Origin: an uncultured delta proteobacterium
Lineage (GTDB): Bacteria > Myxococcota_A > Polyangia > Palsa-1104
Length of the DNA: 64,000 nt
Reading direction: 5' to 3'
NCBI GenBank assembly: GCA_963785725.1
Contig: CAWAWS010000016.1
Coordinates: 32,001-96,000 of the forward strand
The number at the start of each line of letters is the position of its first letter. The first letter of the stretch is position 1. This document shows positions 29,708 through 44,612 of this stretch, piece by piece. The translations under genes were made by a program, and so were the position numbers. Under the pieces are notes generated by a model. That model was given only the letters and a program-made list of their open reading frames with translations, was not told where the DNA came from and did not search any database.

Positions 29708-30652
29708 TTACAGGGTCTGGCGATACCAGGCAATCGTGCGCTCGAGCCCTTCGGCGAACTTTATCTTGCCGCTGTAGCCGAGGATCTTCTTGGCCTTGCC
29801 GATGTCGGCGAGCGAATACTTGATGTCGCCGGTGCGCGCCGCTTCGTGGATGGGCGCGATCTTCTTGCCGACGATGCCGGCGATGATATCGACGGTCTCG
29901 GTGAGCGACGTCGACTCGCCGCACGCGATGTTGAAGACCTCGCCGCCTGCGCCTTTGGCCGTGCACGCGAGGAGGTTGGCCTCGATGGCGTTCTCGACGA
30001 AGCAGAAGTCGCGCGAGGTCGTGCCGTCGCCGTAGATCGTCGCCGGCTTGCCATGCAGCGCCGCCGTGACGAAGTTCGGGATGACCGCGGCGTACTGCGA
30101 CTTCGGATCTTGGCGCGGCCCGAAAATGTTGAAGTAACGCAGCGCCACCGTCTCGAGGCCATATGAATGATAGAACGCCTGCAGATAGTATTCGCAGGCC
30201 AGCTTCGCGGCCGCGTAAGGCGAGAGCGGCGCCGGCAGCATCGTCTCCACTTTCGGCTCGCCCGGCGTCTTCTCGCCGTAGGCCGACGACGAGGCTGCGA
30301 AGACGACGCGTTTGACACCCGCTTTGCGCGCGGCGTCGAGCACGGTCACCGTGCCGTGAACGTTGACGTGATCGCCGCCGAGCGGATCCTCGATCGAGCG
30401 CGGCACCGACGGAATCGCCGCCTGATGGAGCACGAAGTCGACGCCTTTGACCGCGCGCGCCACCGTCTCACCATCGGTGATGTCGCCGCGAATGAGCTCC
30501 ACCTTCTTATGCTCGACGAGATCGGCGATGTTCTCCTCGCGACCGGTGGCGAAGTTGTCGAGGATGCGGACCTGCTCGCCCTCCGCCGAAAGCGCCCGCG
30601 CGATGTTCGAGCCGATGAACCCCGCCCCGCCGGTAACGAGATAGTGAGCCAT
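29708..30652 (-). CDS. NAD-dependent nucleotide-sugar epimerase (WbpP-like extended SDR)
   Basis: TGGAGFIGS, HQAAIPSVPRS, YAAAK, RYFNIFGPRQDP. Confidence 0.93.
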   Translation of the reverse strand: MAHYLVTGGAGFIGSNIARALSAEGEQVRILDNFATGREENIADLVEHKKVELIRGDITDGETVARAVKGVDFVLHQAAIPSVPRSIEDPLGGDHVNVHGTVTVLDAARKAGVKRVVFAASSSAYGEKTPGEPKVETMLPAPLSPYAAAKLACEYYLQAFYHSYGLETVALRYFNIFGPRQDPKSQYAAVIPNFVTAALHGKPATIYGDGTTSRDFCFVENAIEANLLACTAKGAGGEVFNIACGESTSLTETVDIIAGIVGKKIAPIHEAARTGDIKYSLADIGKAKKILGYSGKIKFAEGLERTIAWYRQTL

Positions 30653-30658
30653 GCTGCG

Positions 30659-30687
30659 GTTCTACTCAGCCACCCCCATACTGTCAA
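30659..30687 (-). promoter_or_regulatory. Sigma70-type promoter, probably leaderless
   Basis: TTGACA-17-TAGAAC, with ATG 6 nt downstream. Confidence 0.55.
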
Positions 30688-30748
30688 TCGCCGCTCTGCC
30701 CAAAATCTCCCAACATTTCAATCCACGCCGCCGTCCTCTCCGATTCCA

Positions 30749-30960
30749 ACGACCGCGCACGCTCAGCCAGAGCGGAGGCATTCTAGGTCCGCGCGAGCTA
30801 TCGACTCCGGCCGAGCCGAACCCGACGACCGCGCACGCTCAGCCAGAGCGGAGGCATTCTGGGTGCGCGCGAGTTGTCTTGCGCAGCCCGTAGGGCGAGC
30901 ACTGTCTGAGCGCGCACCCAGAATGCCGGAGCGACCGCGCACCCAGAATGCCGAAGCGAC
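30749..30960. repeat. Composite repeat cluster containing copy B (30841-30935) of the 95-bp element plus partial duplications
   Basis: 36-bp direct repeat at 30749-30784 and 30825-30860; 25-bp tandem at 30911-30935 and 30936-30960; inverted repeat GCATTCTGGGTGCGCGC/GCGCGCACCCAGAATGC. Confidence 0.9.
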
Positions 30961-31107
30961 CGTGAACGAAAGTCCACAGTCTCACGCGAACGAGTGGTCA
31001 CAGTTGTCGAATGACGTAGACGTAAACCGGCGCAGCAATTATGTTTGGCGGGTCGTTCGCGTGGCACGAAAAGTGGGTCTACGCGCGCGTTGCGGAGGAG
31101 TGGACTC

Positions 31108-32088
31108 ATGCGCATTGCGGTCACCTTGGCGATGGCAACGACGGCCCTGATGTGGGGAGCGACAGCGAGCGCCCAAGCGCCCATCGACCCGTATCAGCCG
31201 GAACCGGCGGTTGCGCCTGGACCGCCGCCGGGGTTCATCCCGCCGGCTCCGGCGGTCATTCCGCCCGCTCCGCCGGCCGCGGTCGCCGCGCCGATGGATC
31301 CTTATAGCGCCTATCCCGCGCCGCCGGCCTACGGCTATCAGGCGCCGCAAACCGGACCGGCGGTCGTCCCGTCGCCGCCGGCTTACGAGCGCGGCTACTA
31401 TTTGTATTCGACGCCGGGCGCGCCGCCGGTCTATTACGCGCCGCCGCCGACGCAGTTCCGTCCTTCGTGCTCGAGCTACTGCGGCTGCTCCTGTTGCCAG
31501 CCGAACTGCCAGGCGCTCCGTTTGCGCCAGCCGAAGCGCAAGTGGGACGGCGTCCGCCGCTTCTCGCTCGGCGCGCACTTCGGCTTCATGTCGCTCGATC
31601 AGAAGGTCGGTAACCAGGCCGTCGTCATGGGCGGCGCCGGCTTCCAGCTGCGTCTGCGCTCGGCCGGGCACTTCGGCTTCGAGGCGTCGCAGAGCTTTCT
31701 GACGGCGTCGTTCTACAACGGCGCGTTCAGCCGCAACTCGTATCCGTTCCAGCTGTCGTTGATGTTCTATTTGTTCCCGAACCGCGACGCGCACCACTTC
31801 AACATCTACGCGCTCGCCGGCGTCGGCATCATGGGCGACGACGTCTCGCTCTACGACGAGAACCAGCGCAAGGTGACGCAGTCGTTCACCGAGTACGACG
31901 TGCACGCCGGTGGCGGCGCCGAGCTGCGCTTCAAGTGGTTCGGCATCGAAGCCGACGCGCGCTACGTCAAGCTGTGGCGCGACGACTCGAGCACGCCGGC
32001 CGCGTACTACGCGGGCCAGAGCGGCGCCCCCGTGCAGAGCTCCGGTCAGGGCGTGCAGGGCAGCATCTACCTCTCGATCTGGTTCTAA
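31108..32088 (+). CDS. Outer-membrane beta-barrel protein with Pro/Tyr-rich N-terminus
   Basis: Signal peptide ending ASA-Q, amphipathic strands, terminal Phe (SIWF), GGAGG RBS. Confidence 0.8.
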   Translation: MRIAVTLAMATTALMWGATASAQAPIDPYQPEPAVAPGPPPGFIPPAPAVIPPAPPAAVAAPMDPYSAYPAPPAYGYQAPQTGPAVVPSPPAYERGYYLYSTPGAPPVYYAPPPTQFRPSCSSYCGCSCCQPNCQALRLRQPKRKWDGVRRFSLGAHFGFMSLDQKVGNQAVVMGGAGFQLRLRSAGHFGFEASQSFLTASFYNGAFSRNSYPFQLSLMFYLFPNRDAHHFNIYALAGVGIMGDDVSLYDENQRKVTQSFTEYDVHAGGGAELRFKWFGIEADARYVKLWRDDSSTPAAYYAGQSGAPVQSSGQGVQGSIYLSIWF

Positions 32089-32298
32089 GCTCCCCTACTC
32101 CAATCATCGTCGACGATCCGCGGCTGCTGCCGCGCCACTCGTCACGCCTGCAACGCCTCGTCCCCGCGAGCGCGCGACTGCCGGCAATGCTCGTCCGGTC
32201 GCTGGCGCGGGACGCGCTGCACGCGTCGGCACAACGAGCGGACGTGGGCACCCGCGATCGAAGACGAGCGCCGCGGTTGACGCGACGCGAGGGTCGCG

Positions 32299-32496
32299 TC
32301 AGCGGGCGGCGTAGATCGTCGGCCGCGCCGCGGTGCCGGCTTGGCGGCTGAAGCGGCGCAGCATCTTCTCGAGCGTCCGATAGTGGGTGACGGCGGCCGT
32401 GCGCGGACGTGCGTTCGCCTCGGCGTGAGCCGGCGTGAGAAAGGCGGTGCAGGCGAGGACGACGACGAGCGCGACGAAGGCGGGAAGGCGCGACAT
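32299..32496 (-). CDS. Small secreted basic protein
   Basis: Signal peptide ending AHA-E; AGGAG RBS. Confidence 0.55.
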   Translation of the reverse strand: MSRLPAFVALVVVLACTAFLTPAHAEANARPRTAAVTHYRTLEKMLRRFSRQAGTAARPTIYAAR

Positions 32497-32554
32497 GGAT
32501 GCGGCTCCTGTAGGTCTTTACCTACATTATCGCACCATGGGCTGAAGGCAAATT

Positions 32555-32926
32555 TTAGTAGCGGAAGGCGTGCGCGCTCAGGTGGTTCAGGCCGAACGCC
32601 CACGAAAGCAAGAACGAAACGACGCTCGTGATGATCGAGCCGAGGACGCAGGCGCCGAAGCCGTCGACCTCTACCCCGTCGACGATCTTGTCGGCGAGCC
32701 AGAAGAGGAAGCCGTTGATGACGAGCATGAACAGGCCGAGCGTCAGCAGCAGCAACGGCAACGAGACGATGACCAGGATGAACTTCAGGAACACATTCAA
32801 CAGCGCGAGCACCAACGCGAAAATCACTGCGCTGCCGAACGACTTGACACGAATTCCCGGGACGATGCGCGCGGCCATGAGGACTGCCAAGGCCGTGACG
32901 AGAAGTTGAATGACGTAATGGAGCAT
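32555..32926 (-). CDS. YvlD-like 4-TM membrane protein (phage holin superfamily IV)
   Basis: PGIRVKSFGSA..ALVLALLN, LPLLLLTLGLF.LVING, VDGF. Confidence 0.88.
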   Translation of the reverse strand: MLHYVIQLLVTALAVLMAARIVPGIRVKSFGSAVIFALVLALLNVFLKFILVIVSLPLLLLTLGLFMLVINGFLFWLADKIVDGVEVDGFGACVLGSIITSVVSFLLSWAFGLNHLSAHAFRY

Positions 32927-32974
32927 CTGACCCTCCTTGGTGAGTGGAACGTGCGCGGGACGCGGACTATTTCG

Positions 32975-35217
<2,243 letters not shown>

Positions 35218-35221
<4 letters not shown>

Positions 35222-35910
35222 ACGCGCTTTCCGAGCCCGCCCACGAGCGAGGCGAAGATCATCTTGCCGTCGTCGCCGCCGAGCACCGCTTCCGAGGCGC
35301 GCTCGGGATGCGGCATCAGCCCGACGACGTTGCCGCGAGCGTTGCACGTGCCGGCGATGTTGGCGATCGAGCCGTTGGGGTTGGCGCCCGCGCCTTCGCC
35401 GCCCGAGGCGTCGACATAGCGGAAGATGACGCGCCCTTCCTTTTCCAAGCTGGCGACGTCGTTGTGCACGAAGCGGCCTTCGGCGTGCGCGATCGGCATC
35501 TTCAAGACGCGACCGGCGGGAATGGCGCGCGTCCACGGCGTCTGCTTGCCTTCGACGAGCAGGTGCACGTCGCGGCATTCGAAGTGCAACGACGCGTTAC
35601 GCGTCAGCGCGCCGTCGAGCAAACCGGCCTCGCAGGCGATCTGGTAGCCGTTACAGATGGCGAGCACCGGGCCGCCGCCTTCGGCGAACTGCTTGACGGC
35701 GCCCATGATCGGCGAGTTGGCCGCCATGGCGCCGGCGCGCAAGTAGTCGCCGTACGAGAAGCCGCCGGGCAAAACGACCGCGTCGACGGCGCCGAGCGAC
35801 GTCTCTTTGTGCCACGCGAACCGGCCGCTGGCGCCGACGACGTTCTTGACGACGTGGAGCGCGTCGTCGTCGCAGTTGCTGCCGGGGAAGCGAACGACGA
35901 CGACGTTCAC
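35218..35910 (-). CDS. purQ: FGAM synthase glutaminase subunit PurQ
   Basis: [32 protein letters not shown] start overlaps the purS stop. Confidence 0.97.
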
Positions 35911-36149
35911 TTCACGATCTCGTAGCGATATTCTTCGATGACGGTGTTGGCCAACAGCTTCTCGCACATCGACTTCAAGTGCGCGTCGACGTCGGCCACG
36001 CCATCCTCGAGCTGCACCTCGATGTACTTGCCGATGCGCGCGTCCTTGACCTCGGCGAAGCCGAGCCGGCCGAGCGCGCGCGCCACCGCTTGACCTTGCG
36101 GATCGAGCACGCCCGACTTCAACGTCACGTACACTTTGGCCTTCATCAT
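35907..36149 (-). CDS. purS: FGAM synthase subunit PurS
   Basis: VLDPQG, IGKYI, LLANTVIE. Confidence 0.96.
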   Translation of the reverse strand: MMKAKVYVTLKSGVLDPQGQAVARALGRLGFAEVKDARIGKYIEVQLEDGVADVDAHLKSMCEKLLANTVIEEYRYEIVK

Positions 36150-37114
36150 TTCTCCGTGATGCCGAGGTTCTTGCGGATGCGCGCCATCGGCTCTTCGGTG
36201 TTGGGCACGAACGTCTTGCCCGTGACCTGCTCGTAAGCGGCGATGTAGCGGCGCGCGGCTTCGATGCGCACGTCGTCGGGGATTTGCGGCGGCGTGCCCG
36301 TGCCGTTGTAGCCGTTGTCGACGTACCAGCGGCGCACGTACTCTTTGTCGAGGCTGCGCGGCTCTTCGCCTTTGGCCAAGCGCGCGTCGTAGTCGTCGCG
36401 GTACCAATAGCGCGACGAATCGGGCGTGTGGATCTCGTCGATGAACACGATGCGGCCGTCGGGCGTCTTGCCCAACTCGTACTTCGTGTCGACGAGGATG
36501 AGCCCGCGCTCGGCGGCGCGCTTTTGCCCGAACGCGAACAGCTCGAGGCACATCTTGGCCAGCTGATCGAACGTGTCGGCGTCGACGAGGCCGCGCTCGG
36601 CCAATTCGGCGCGCGTGACGTTCTCGTCGTGGCCGCCCTTCTCCGCTTTCGTCGTCGGCGTGAGGAGCGCGTGCGGCAGCGGCTGATTCTTCTTCATGCC
36701 GTCGGGCAACAATTCGCCGCCGAAGCTGCGCTGACCCGACTCGTAGTTGCGCCAGATCGACGTCTTGGTCACGCCCGTCAGATAGCCGCGCACGACCATC
36801 TCGACCGGCAGCGGCACGCACTCGATGGCGCGCGTCACGACCGGATCGGGCACGTTGATGATGTGATTGGGCGCTAGCGCCTTGGCATCTTCGAACCAGT
36901 GCGCCGCCAGCTGATTGAGCACTTGGCCCTTGAACGGGATGGTGCACAACACGACATCGAACGCGCTCAGGCGATCGCTGACGATGATGATGCGCTCGCC
37001 GTCCTTCGTGTAGTTGTCGCGAACCTTGCCTTCGTAATGCTTACCGAGGCTCGGGAAGTTGCATTCGGCGACGGTGCGAGCGAGCTGGGCGCGGAGAATG
37101 TCTTCGGTGATCAT
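36146..37114 (-). CDS. purC: SAICAR synthetase (long Ade1-like type)
   Basis: [35 protein letters not shown]. Confidence 0.96.
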   Translation of the reverse strand: MITEDILRAQLARTVAECNFPSLGKHYEGKVRDNYTKDGERIIIVSDRLSAFDVVLCTIPFKGQVLNQLAAHWFEDAKALAPNHIINVPDPVVTRAIECVPLPVEMVVRGYLTGVTKTSIWRNYESGQRSFGGELLPDGMKKNQPLPHALLTPTTKAEKGGHDENVTRAELAERGLVDADTFDQLAKMCLELFAFGQKRAAERGLILVDTKYELGKTPDGRIVFIDEIHTPDSSRYWYRDDYDARLAKGEEPRSLDKEYVRRWYVDNGYNGTGTPPQIPDDVRIEAARRYIAAYEQVTGKTFVPNTEEPMARIRKNLGITEK

Positions 37115-38424
37115 GCGTCTTCCTTGTCCGAGAGTGCGCGGTCGATGATGTGATCGGCGTGGCGCAGGTGATGGGCGAGATCGAAGGCGGCATCGAGCGT
37201 GGCCGCCGACAGCCGTGATTTGACGTCGAGGTCGGCGGCGAGCAGCGACTTGAAGTCGCCGCCTTCGTCGCGTGCGCGAAGTGCGGAACGCTGCACGATT
37301 TCGTAGGCCGTCTGGCGCGGCAAGCCGGTGCGCACGAGCGCCAGCATGACGCCTTCGGAGAAGATGAGCCCGCCCGTCAGCTGCAGGTTCTTCTGCATCC
37401 GATCTTTGTGCACCACTAAGCCCTCGACGAGGCCGGCGCAGCGACGGAGCATGAAGTCGGCGAGCGACGTGGCGTCGGGCGCGATCATGCGCTCCACCGA
37501 CGAGTGCGAGATGTCGCGCTCGTGCCACAGCGCGACGTTCTCGAGCGCCGGCACGACATAGCCGCGCAGCATGCGCGCCAGGCCGGTCAAATTCTCCGAC
37601 AGGATCGGGTTCTTCTTGTGCGGCATCGCCGAGCTGCCTTTTTGGCCCTTGCCGAACGCCTCTTCCGCCTCGCCGACCTCGGTGCGCTGCCAATGCCGCA
37701 CCTGCAGCGCCAGCTTCTCGACGAACGCGCCGAGCTGCGCCAGCGCCGCGAACAGCTCGGCGTGACGATCGCGCTGCACGATCTGCGTCGCCACCGTTTC
37801 GGCGCGTAATCCCAGTGCCGCCAGCGCTTCCGCTTCGACGGCCGGCGACACGTTGGCGTAGGTCCCGACGGCGCCGGCGATCTTGCCGACGGCGATCGTC
37901 GCCCGCGCGGCAGCCAGGCGACGGCGATTGCGGCGCGCCTCGGCGTAGGCGCCGGCGAAGACGACGCCGAGCGTGACCGGCTCGGCGTGAATGCCGTGCG
38001 AGCGGCCGATCATGGCCGTGTGGCGATGCTCGTCGGCGCGCTTGCGCAAGGCCGCGATGACGAGCCCGAGCGCGGCGTCGACTTCCTCGGTGGCCGCGAC
38101 GAGCAGCAAGGCCAGCGACGTGTCGAGCACGTCGGACGAGGTCATGCCGAGATGCAGCCAGCGCGCGTCCTCACCGGCCAACTCCTCGACGTGCGTCAGA
38201 AACGCGATGACGTCGTGGCGCGTGCGCTCTTCGATCTCCAAGATGCGCGCGGGGTTCAGCTTGCCTTCCGCTCTTTCGCGCACGCGATCGGCGGTGCCGG
38301 CGGGGACGCTGCCTTCGTGCTCCATGGCGCGACAAGCGGCGAGCTCGACGGTGAGCCAGGTGTCGAAGCGGCGCTGATCGCTCCACAGAGCGCGTAATTC
38401 TTTACGAGAGTATCTGTCGATCAT
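37111..38424 (-). CDS. purB: Adenylosuccinate lyase
   Basis: [29 protein letters not shown]. Confidence 0.97.
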   Translation of the reverse strand: MIDRYSRKELRALWSDQRRFDTWLTVELAACRAMEHEGSVPAGTADRVRERAEGKLNPARILEIEERTRHDVIAFLTHVEELAGEDARWLHLGMTSSDVLDTSLALLLVAATEEVDAALGLVIAALRKRADEHRHTAMIGRSHGIHAEPVTLGVVFAGAYAEARRNRRRLAAARATIAVGKIAGAVGTYANVSPAVEAEALAALGLRAETVATQIVQRDRHAELFAALAQLGAFVEKLALQVRHWQRTEVGEAEEAFGKGQKGSSAMPHKKNPILSENLTGLARMLRGYVVPALENVALWHERDISHSSVERMIAPDATSLADFMLRRCAGLVEGLVVHKDRMQKNLQLTGGLIFSEGVMLALVRTGLPRQTAYEIVQRSALRARDEGGDFKSLLAADLDVKSRLSAATLDAAFDLAHHLRHADHIIDRALSDKEDA

Positions 38425-39238
38425 TCTGACTCGCTGAGAAGGGAAAAGAGAGCTGCTCGTTGCGCATGGGCTCGATGCGGACGCGGCCGCCTTCGATGAC
38501 GAAGATGGGCGTGCCGCGACCGGTGGCGGCGATGACGCGACCGCCGCGGCCGAGCACGCGAGCGAGCGCGCTCTTGGCCAGCGTCGGACGATTATTCGCC
38601 GATGAGATATGCGCCGCGATGACGACTTTGGGCGCCGGGCCGGCCTGCATCATCATGCCGAGGAGCGACGCCGACTGCTCGTTCGACAGGTGGCCGAGCC
38701 GGCCGCCGACCCGCCGCTTCAGCGACGGCGGATACGGCCCGTAGCGCAGCATCGTGACGTCGTGGTTGGCTTCGAGCGCGAGGACGTCGCAGCCGGCGAA
38801 CGCCGTCGCGACGTCGGGCGCGTCGTGGCCGCAGTCGGTCAACACGCCCACCTTCGCCTCGCCGTCGGACAAGACGTAACCCACGGTCTCGACGGCGTCG
38901 TGCGGCAAAAGGACGGGCATCACCGTCAGCGCGCCGATCGTAAACGGCTGGCCGGCGCGCACCAACGTCGCCTCGACGCGGATCGCCAGCCGCGTGCCGG
39001 CAGTGGCGAAGAGGGGTCGACCGATGGTGGCGGCGTAGCGGGCATGATCGTTGTGGTCGTGCGTGACCAAGACGGCGTCGATGCGGTCGACGGAGACGGC
39101 GCCGCGCGACGGCAGCTTCTCCAAGCGGCGATCGATCTCCGCCTTGCACAGCCCGGCGTCGACGAGCACGCGCGTCTCCCCGCTTTCGACATATGCGACA
39201 TTGCCGGACGAACCGCTTCCGAGCAGGGAGAACCGCAT
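38402..39238 (-). CDS. MBL-fold metallo-hydrolase (YycJ/WalJ-like)
   Basis: [30 protein letters not shown]. Confidence 0.92.
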   Translation of the reverse strand: MRFSLLGSGSSGNVAYVESGETRVLVDAGLCKAEIDRRLEKLPSRGAVSVDRIDAVLVTHDHNDHARYAATIGRPLFATAGTRLAIRVEATLVRAGQPFTIGALTVMPVLLPHDAVETVGYVLSDGEAKVGVLTDCGHDAPDVATAFAGCDVLALEANHDVTMLRYGPYPPSLKRRVGGRLGHLSNEQSASLLGMMMQAGPAPKVVIAAHISSANNRPTLAKSALARVLGRGGRVIAATGRGTPIFVIEGGRVRIEPMRNEQLSFPFSASQNDRQILS

Positions 39239-39323
39239 CGGCGAGGACACCTATAGCAAACGAGCACCCGAATGACCAGGCCGGCGACCGAGAAATTTGA
39301 CGCCCTGAGACGTAAATGCCTCG

Positions 39324-41978
39324 TTAATGCTTGGCGACGGGCGCGGGATCGGCGCAGCAGCGGAAACCGACGGACGTCCCGCCCTCTTTCGGCGGGTTGC
39401 GCACGACCGACGAGCAGCGCGTCTCCTTCGGCGATTGCCGCACCGAGCCGCCCTTTTGCGCGCCGGAAGCGACCCATTCCGCGACGTTGCCGATCATGTC
39501 GTAGACGCCCGAGGCCGACTTGCAGCTGGCGAATTTGCCGGTGGCGACGATGTCGTTGGCGCCCGACTTCGTGTTGCAGCGCGTGGGATCGAACGTGTCG
39601 CCGTAGGGGAAACTGGCGCCGCTCTTGCCGCGGCAGGCGTGCTCCCATTCGGCCTCGCCGCACAGCCGTTCGCCGCGCGCGGCGCAGATGTGGCTGGCCT
39701 CGGGGAAGCTGATCGTCGTGCGCGGGATCGTGTTGCCGCCCGGGTATTCGTAGGCGTCGATGCAGAATGGCTTGGGGCCGGCGACGAGCTTGGCGCCGAG
39801 CGGGCAGACGCCGGCGCGCGGCAAGACGGTGTCGAGCGGCTCGGCGTGCGTCTTGATCGGCGTGCCCGCGGCCGCGGCGGCCGCCGCGCCTTTGACGCTG
39901 GCGTGCAGCGGATCGCGCGCCTGCGACTGCGCTTGCGCGTTCAGCGAGTCGGCCACGCGCTGCTTTTCCAGCCGCTCCTCCTCGAGGTGCTGCTGACCGA
40001 GCCACTGCGAGATGCCGAACGTGATGCCCACCGCCGCCACGATCCCGATGATGACCACCAGCGCCATCGTCGGCAGCGACGAGCGACGCCGTAGATCGAT
40101 CGCCGTCACTTCGATCGGCGTCGAGCGTTTGCGCTTGCCGTTCTGCGTCTGCAGCGCCTCGGGCGGCGGCAGCGCTTGCACCGCATCGGCCGTCACCGCC
40201 GGGTCGAACGGATTGCGCCGTTTGCGCGGCTCGAGCGCCGGCTGCTTCGGCGGCACTTCGTTCGTGTCGACATGATCGGCCGACAGGTCGTCGTCGAGCT
40301 CGTCCGGCGTCGCGAACGCGCTCGTCCGCGGCGGCGGCGGCTCCAGCTTCAGCGACGGCGACTCGGCGATCGGCAGCGCGGCCGGCGCCGGCGGCGGCAA
40401 GCTCACGGGCGGCAGCGGCTCCTGGACTTCGACCGGCAGCTCGTGCACTTCGATGGTCGGCTCGCGGTCGGTCAGCGGCGGCCGGCTCGACTCGATGGCG
40501 ATCTTGGGCGGCGACGTGTAGCCGGGCGGCGGCAGCGGCGTCAGATGCGGCGACGGCGGTGACGGCGGCGGCAGCGGTGTCAAGCTGTCGTCCGGCGCCG
40601 GGCTCAGCTTCTTGACGCGGCGGGTGTCGACGTCGTCGTGGCTGACGACCTCGTCGTCGAGCGGCGGCGGCGAGTTGTTGTCGACGAGCCGCGGCACCTG
40701 CGCCGTCTTGGCCCCGTCGTGCTCGAGCAGCAGCACCTGATCCGTCGACAACTCCTCGTCGGGCGCGAACGGGTCGACCGACTCCGCCCGCGGTCGCGAC
40801 GGCGGCGGCGCCGACGGCTTGGTGTCGTCGGTCTTCACCGGCGGCGGCGGCGGCTCGGGCTGCGGCGGCGGGCGATCGAGCGTCAGCTCGTCGTAATTGC
40901 GCGCCGCGACGTCGTCGCGCTCCTCCTCCAGCAGCTGCTGCTTCTCGAACGGCTGCGTCTCCGACGAGGCCACGCGCAGCGAGAAGATCTCGTCGAGCGG
41001 CACTTGCCGCGTGATCTGATCGCCCTTGAGCAGCGCCAGCTCGTCCTCGTCGATCATGCGCGTCGTCTCTTGCGACGGCGGGCGCACGTCGTCGGGGCTG
41101 GGCACGCGCGCCGTCGAGTCGTCGAGCCGCGGCAGCGCCGAGACCCGATGGCGCTCCGAGCGATCGTTGTAGATCGGCGTGCCGATGGGCGGCGTCGGCC
41201 GTCGCAGCGGCTTCAACGGCTGTCCGCTCAGCGCCGCTTCCAGCTCCTGCGCCAGCGCGTCGATGCTGGCGTGACGGACGAGCGGATCGTCGGCCAGCGC
41301 GCGCTGCAGCACCGTCGCCAGCGGCTTCGACGGCGACGGCACGGCCTTCCAATCGCCGCCGCCGGTCAGCATCTCGACGAGCACCATCGCCAGCGAGTAG
41401 ACGTCGGCGCGCGAATCGACCGTGGCGCCGTTGCGCAGTTCGGGCGGCAAGCGGCCGAACGTCGCCGCTTCGCGCGCCGCTTCCAGGAACAGCTTGCGCG
41501 GCAGCGCCGGTCCGATGCCGACGTTCGACACCTTGAGCACTTGGCCCATCAAGACGCAGCCGTCGGCGTGCACGTCGCCCAAGACGACGCCGTGCTGATG
41601 CGCGTGCGTCATCGCCGCCGCCACTTGCGCGATGAGCGGCCGCGCCTCCTCGACGGTAAACGGCTGATGCGACGCGCTCTCGGCCAGCGTCTGCCCGGGC
41701 GCCCACTGCACCGCGATGACGACCTCGTCCGCCGTCGGATAGATGCCGAAGACGCGCACCAGATTCGGATGCGAGAAGGCGCGCGCGCGGCCCATTCGCT
41801 GCACGAACGCCGTCCGCGCCGCGTCGTCGGGCAGGACGTTGTGGCCGATGACGCGCAAGGTGACGTCGACGCCGATCTCGCGCTCGCGGGCGCGATACAA
41901 GACGCCGAGCGGGCTGCCGCCCAAGGTGGCTTGCACCTCGTAGCGTCCCGCGACGACATCTCCGACGACGAACGGCAC
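39324..41978 (-). CDS. Pseudokinase + acidic/Pro-rich linker + TM + FGE-sulfatase (SUMF1-like) domain
   Basis: Kinase fold (HPNLVRV, DSRADVYSL) with altered catalytic motifs; C-terminal RLCGEAEWEHAC, DMIGNVAEW, GFRCC. Confidence 0.88.
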   Translation of the reverse strand: MPFVVGDVVAGRYEVQATLGGSPLGVLYRAREREIGVDVTLRVIGHNVLPDDAARTAFVQRMGRARAFSHPNLVRVFGIYPTADEVVIAVQWAPGQTLAESASHQPFTVEEARPLIAQVAAAMTHAHQHGVVLGDVHADGCVLMGQVLKVSNVGIGPALPRKLFLEAAREAATFGRLPPELRNGATVDSRADVYSLAMVLVEMLTGGGDWKAVPSPSKPLATVLQRALADDPLVRHASIDALAQELEAALSGQPLKPLRRPTPPIGTPIYNDRSERHRVSALPRLDDSTARVPSPDDVRPPSQETTRMIDEDELALLKGDQITRQVPLDEIFSLRVASSETQPFEKQQLLEEERDDVAARNYDELTLDRPPPQPEPPPPPVKTDDTKPSAPPPSRPRAESVDPFAPDEELSTDQVLLLEHDGAKTAQVPRLVDNNSPPPLDDEVVSHDDVDTRRVKKLSPAPDDSLTPLPPPSPPSPHLTPLPPPGYTSPPKIAIESSRPPLTDREPTIEVHELPVEVQEPLPPVSLPPPAPAALPIAESPSLKLEPPPPRTSAFATPDELDDDLSADHVDTNEVPPKQPALEPRKRRNPFDPAVTADAVQALPPPEALQTQNGKRKRSTPIEVTAIDLRRRSSLPTMALVVIIGIVAAVGITFGISQWLGQQHLEEERLEKQRVADSLNAQAQSQARDPLHASVKGAAAAAAAGTPIKTHAEPLDTVLPRAGVCPLGAKLVAGPKPFCIDAYEYPGGNTIPRTTISFPEASHICAARGERLCGEAEWEHACRGKSGASFPYGDTFDPTRCNTKSGANDIVATGKFASCKSASGVYDMIGNVAEWVASGAQKGGSVRQSPKETRCSSVVRNPPKEGGTSVGFRCCADPAPVAKH

Positions 41979-41981
41979 GCT

Positions 41982-42425
41982 TTATCGGCCCGTGTGCCCG
42001 TAGCCGCCGGCGCCGCGCACGGTCTCGTCCAGCGTCGCCTGCTCGTCGAGCCGCACGCGCGCCACCGCCGCAATCACCAACTGCGCGATCCGCTCGCCCG
42101 ACTTCACGACGAACGGCTCACGCCCATGGTTAATCAATAAGACTTTGATTTCACCGCGATAATCCTCGTCGATCGTGCCCGGCGAGTTGAGCACGGTGAT
42201 GCCGTGTTTCAACGCCAAGCCCGAGCGCGGCCGCACCTGCGCCTCGTAGCCGCGCGGCAACGCGATGGCCACGCCCGAGCCGACGAGCTGACGCTCGCCG
42301 GGGGCGATGGTGACATCAGAGTCGACGGACGCGGCCAGGTCCATCCCGGCCGCGCCGTCGCTCATGTATCGGGGAAGTATCGCGCCTTCACGCAGGCGCT
42401 GGATGCGCACCACAGGTTGGTCCAC
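41982..42425 (-). CDS. dut: dUTP diphosphatase
   Basis: [33 protein letters not shown]. Confidence 0.97.
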   Translation of the reverse strand: MDQPVVRIQRLREGAILPRYMSDGAAGMDLAASVDSDVTIAPGERQLVGSGVAIALPRGYEAQVRPRSGLALKHGITVLNSPGTIDEDYRGEIKVLLINHGREPFVVKSGERIAQLVIAAVARVRLDEQATLDETVRGAGGYGHTGR

Positions 42426-42445
42426 GGCGCGCGACTGTACAGAAA

Positions 42446-44599
<2,154 letters not shown>

Positions 44600-44612
44600 T
44601 CCCTTTGTGAGG

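Noticed and set aside
30749..30860. 36-bp direct repeats separated by 40 bp, CRISPR-like in size
   Set aside because: Only two units, the intervening sequence begins as a degenerate copy of the palindromic element, and there are no cas genes.
32089..32298. Intergenic GC-rich region as a possible ncRNA
   Set aside because: Only weak pairing, with no recognisable family or second copy.
32555..32926. Holin-family gene as evidence of a prophage
   Set aside because: YvlD-type proteins are common chromosomal genes, and no phage genes are nearby.
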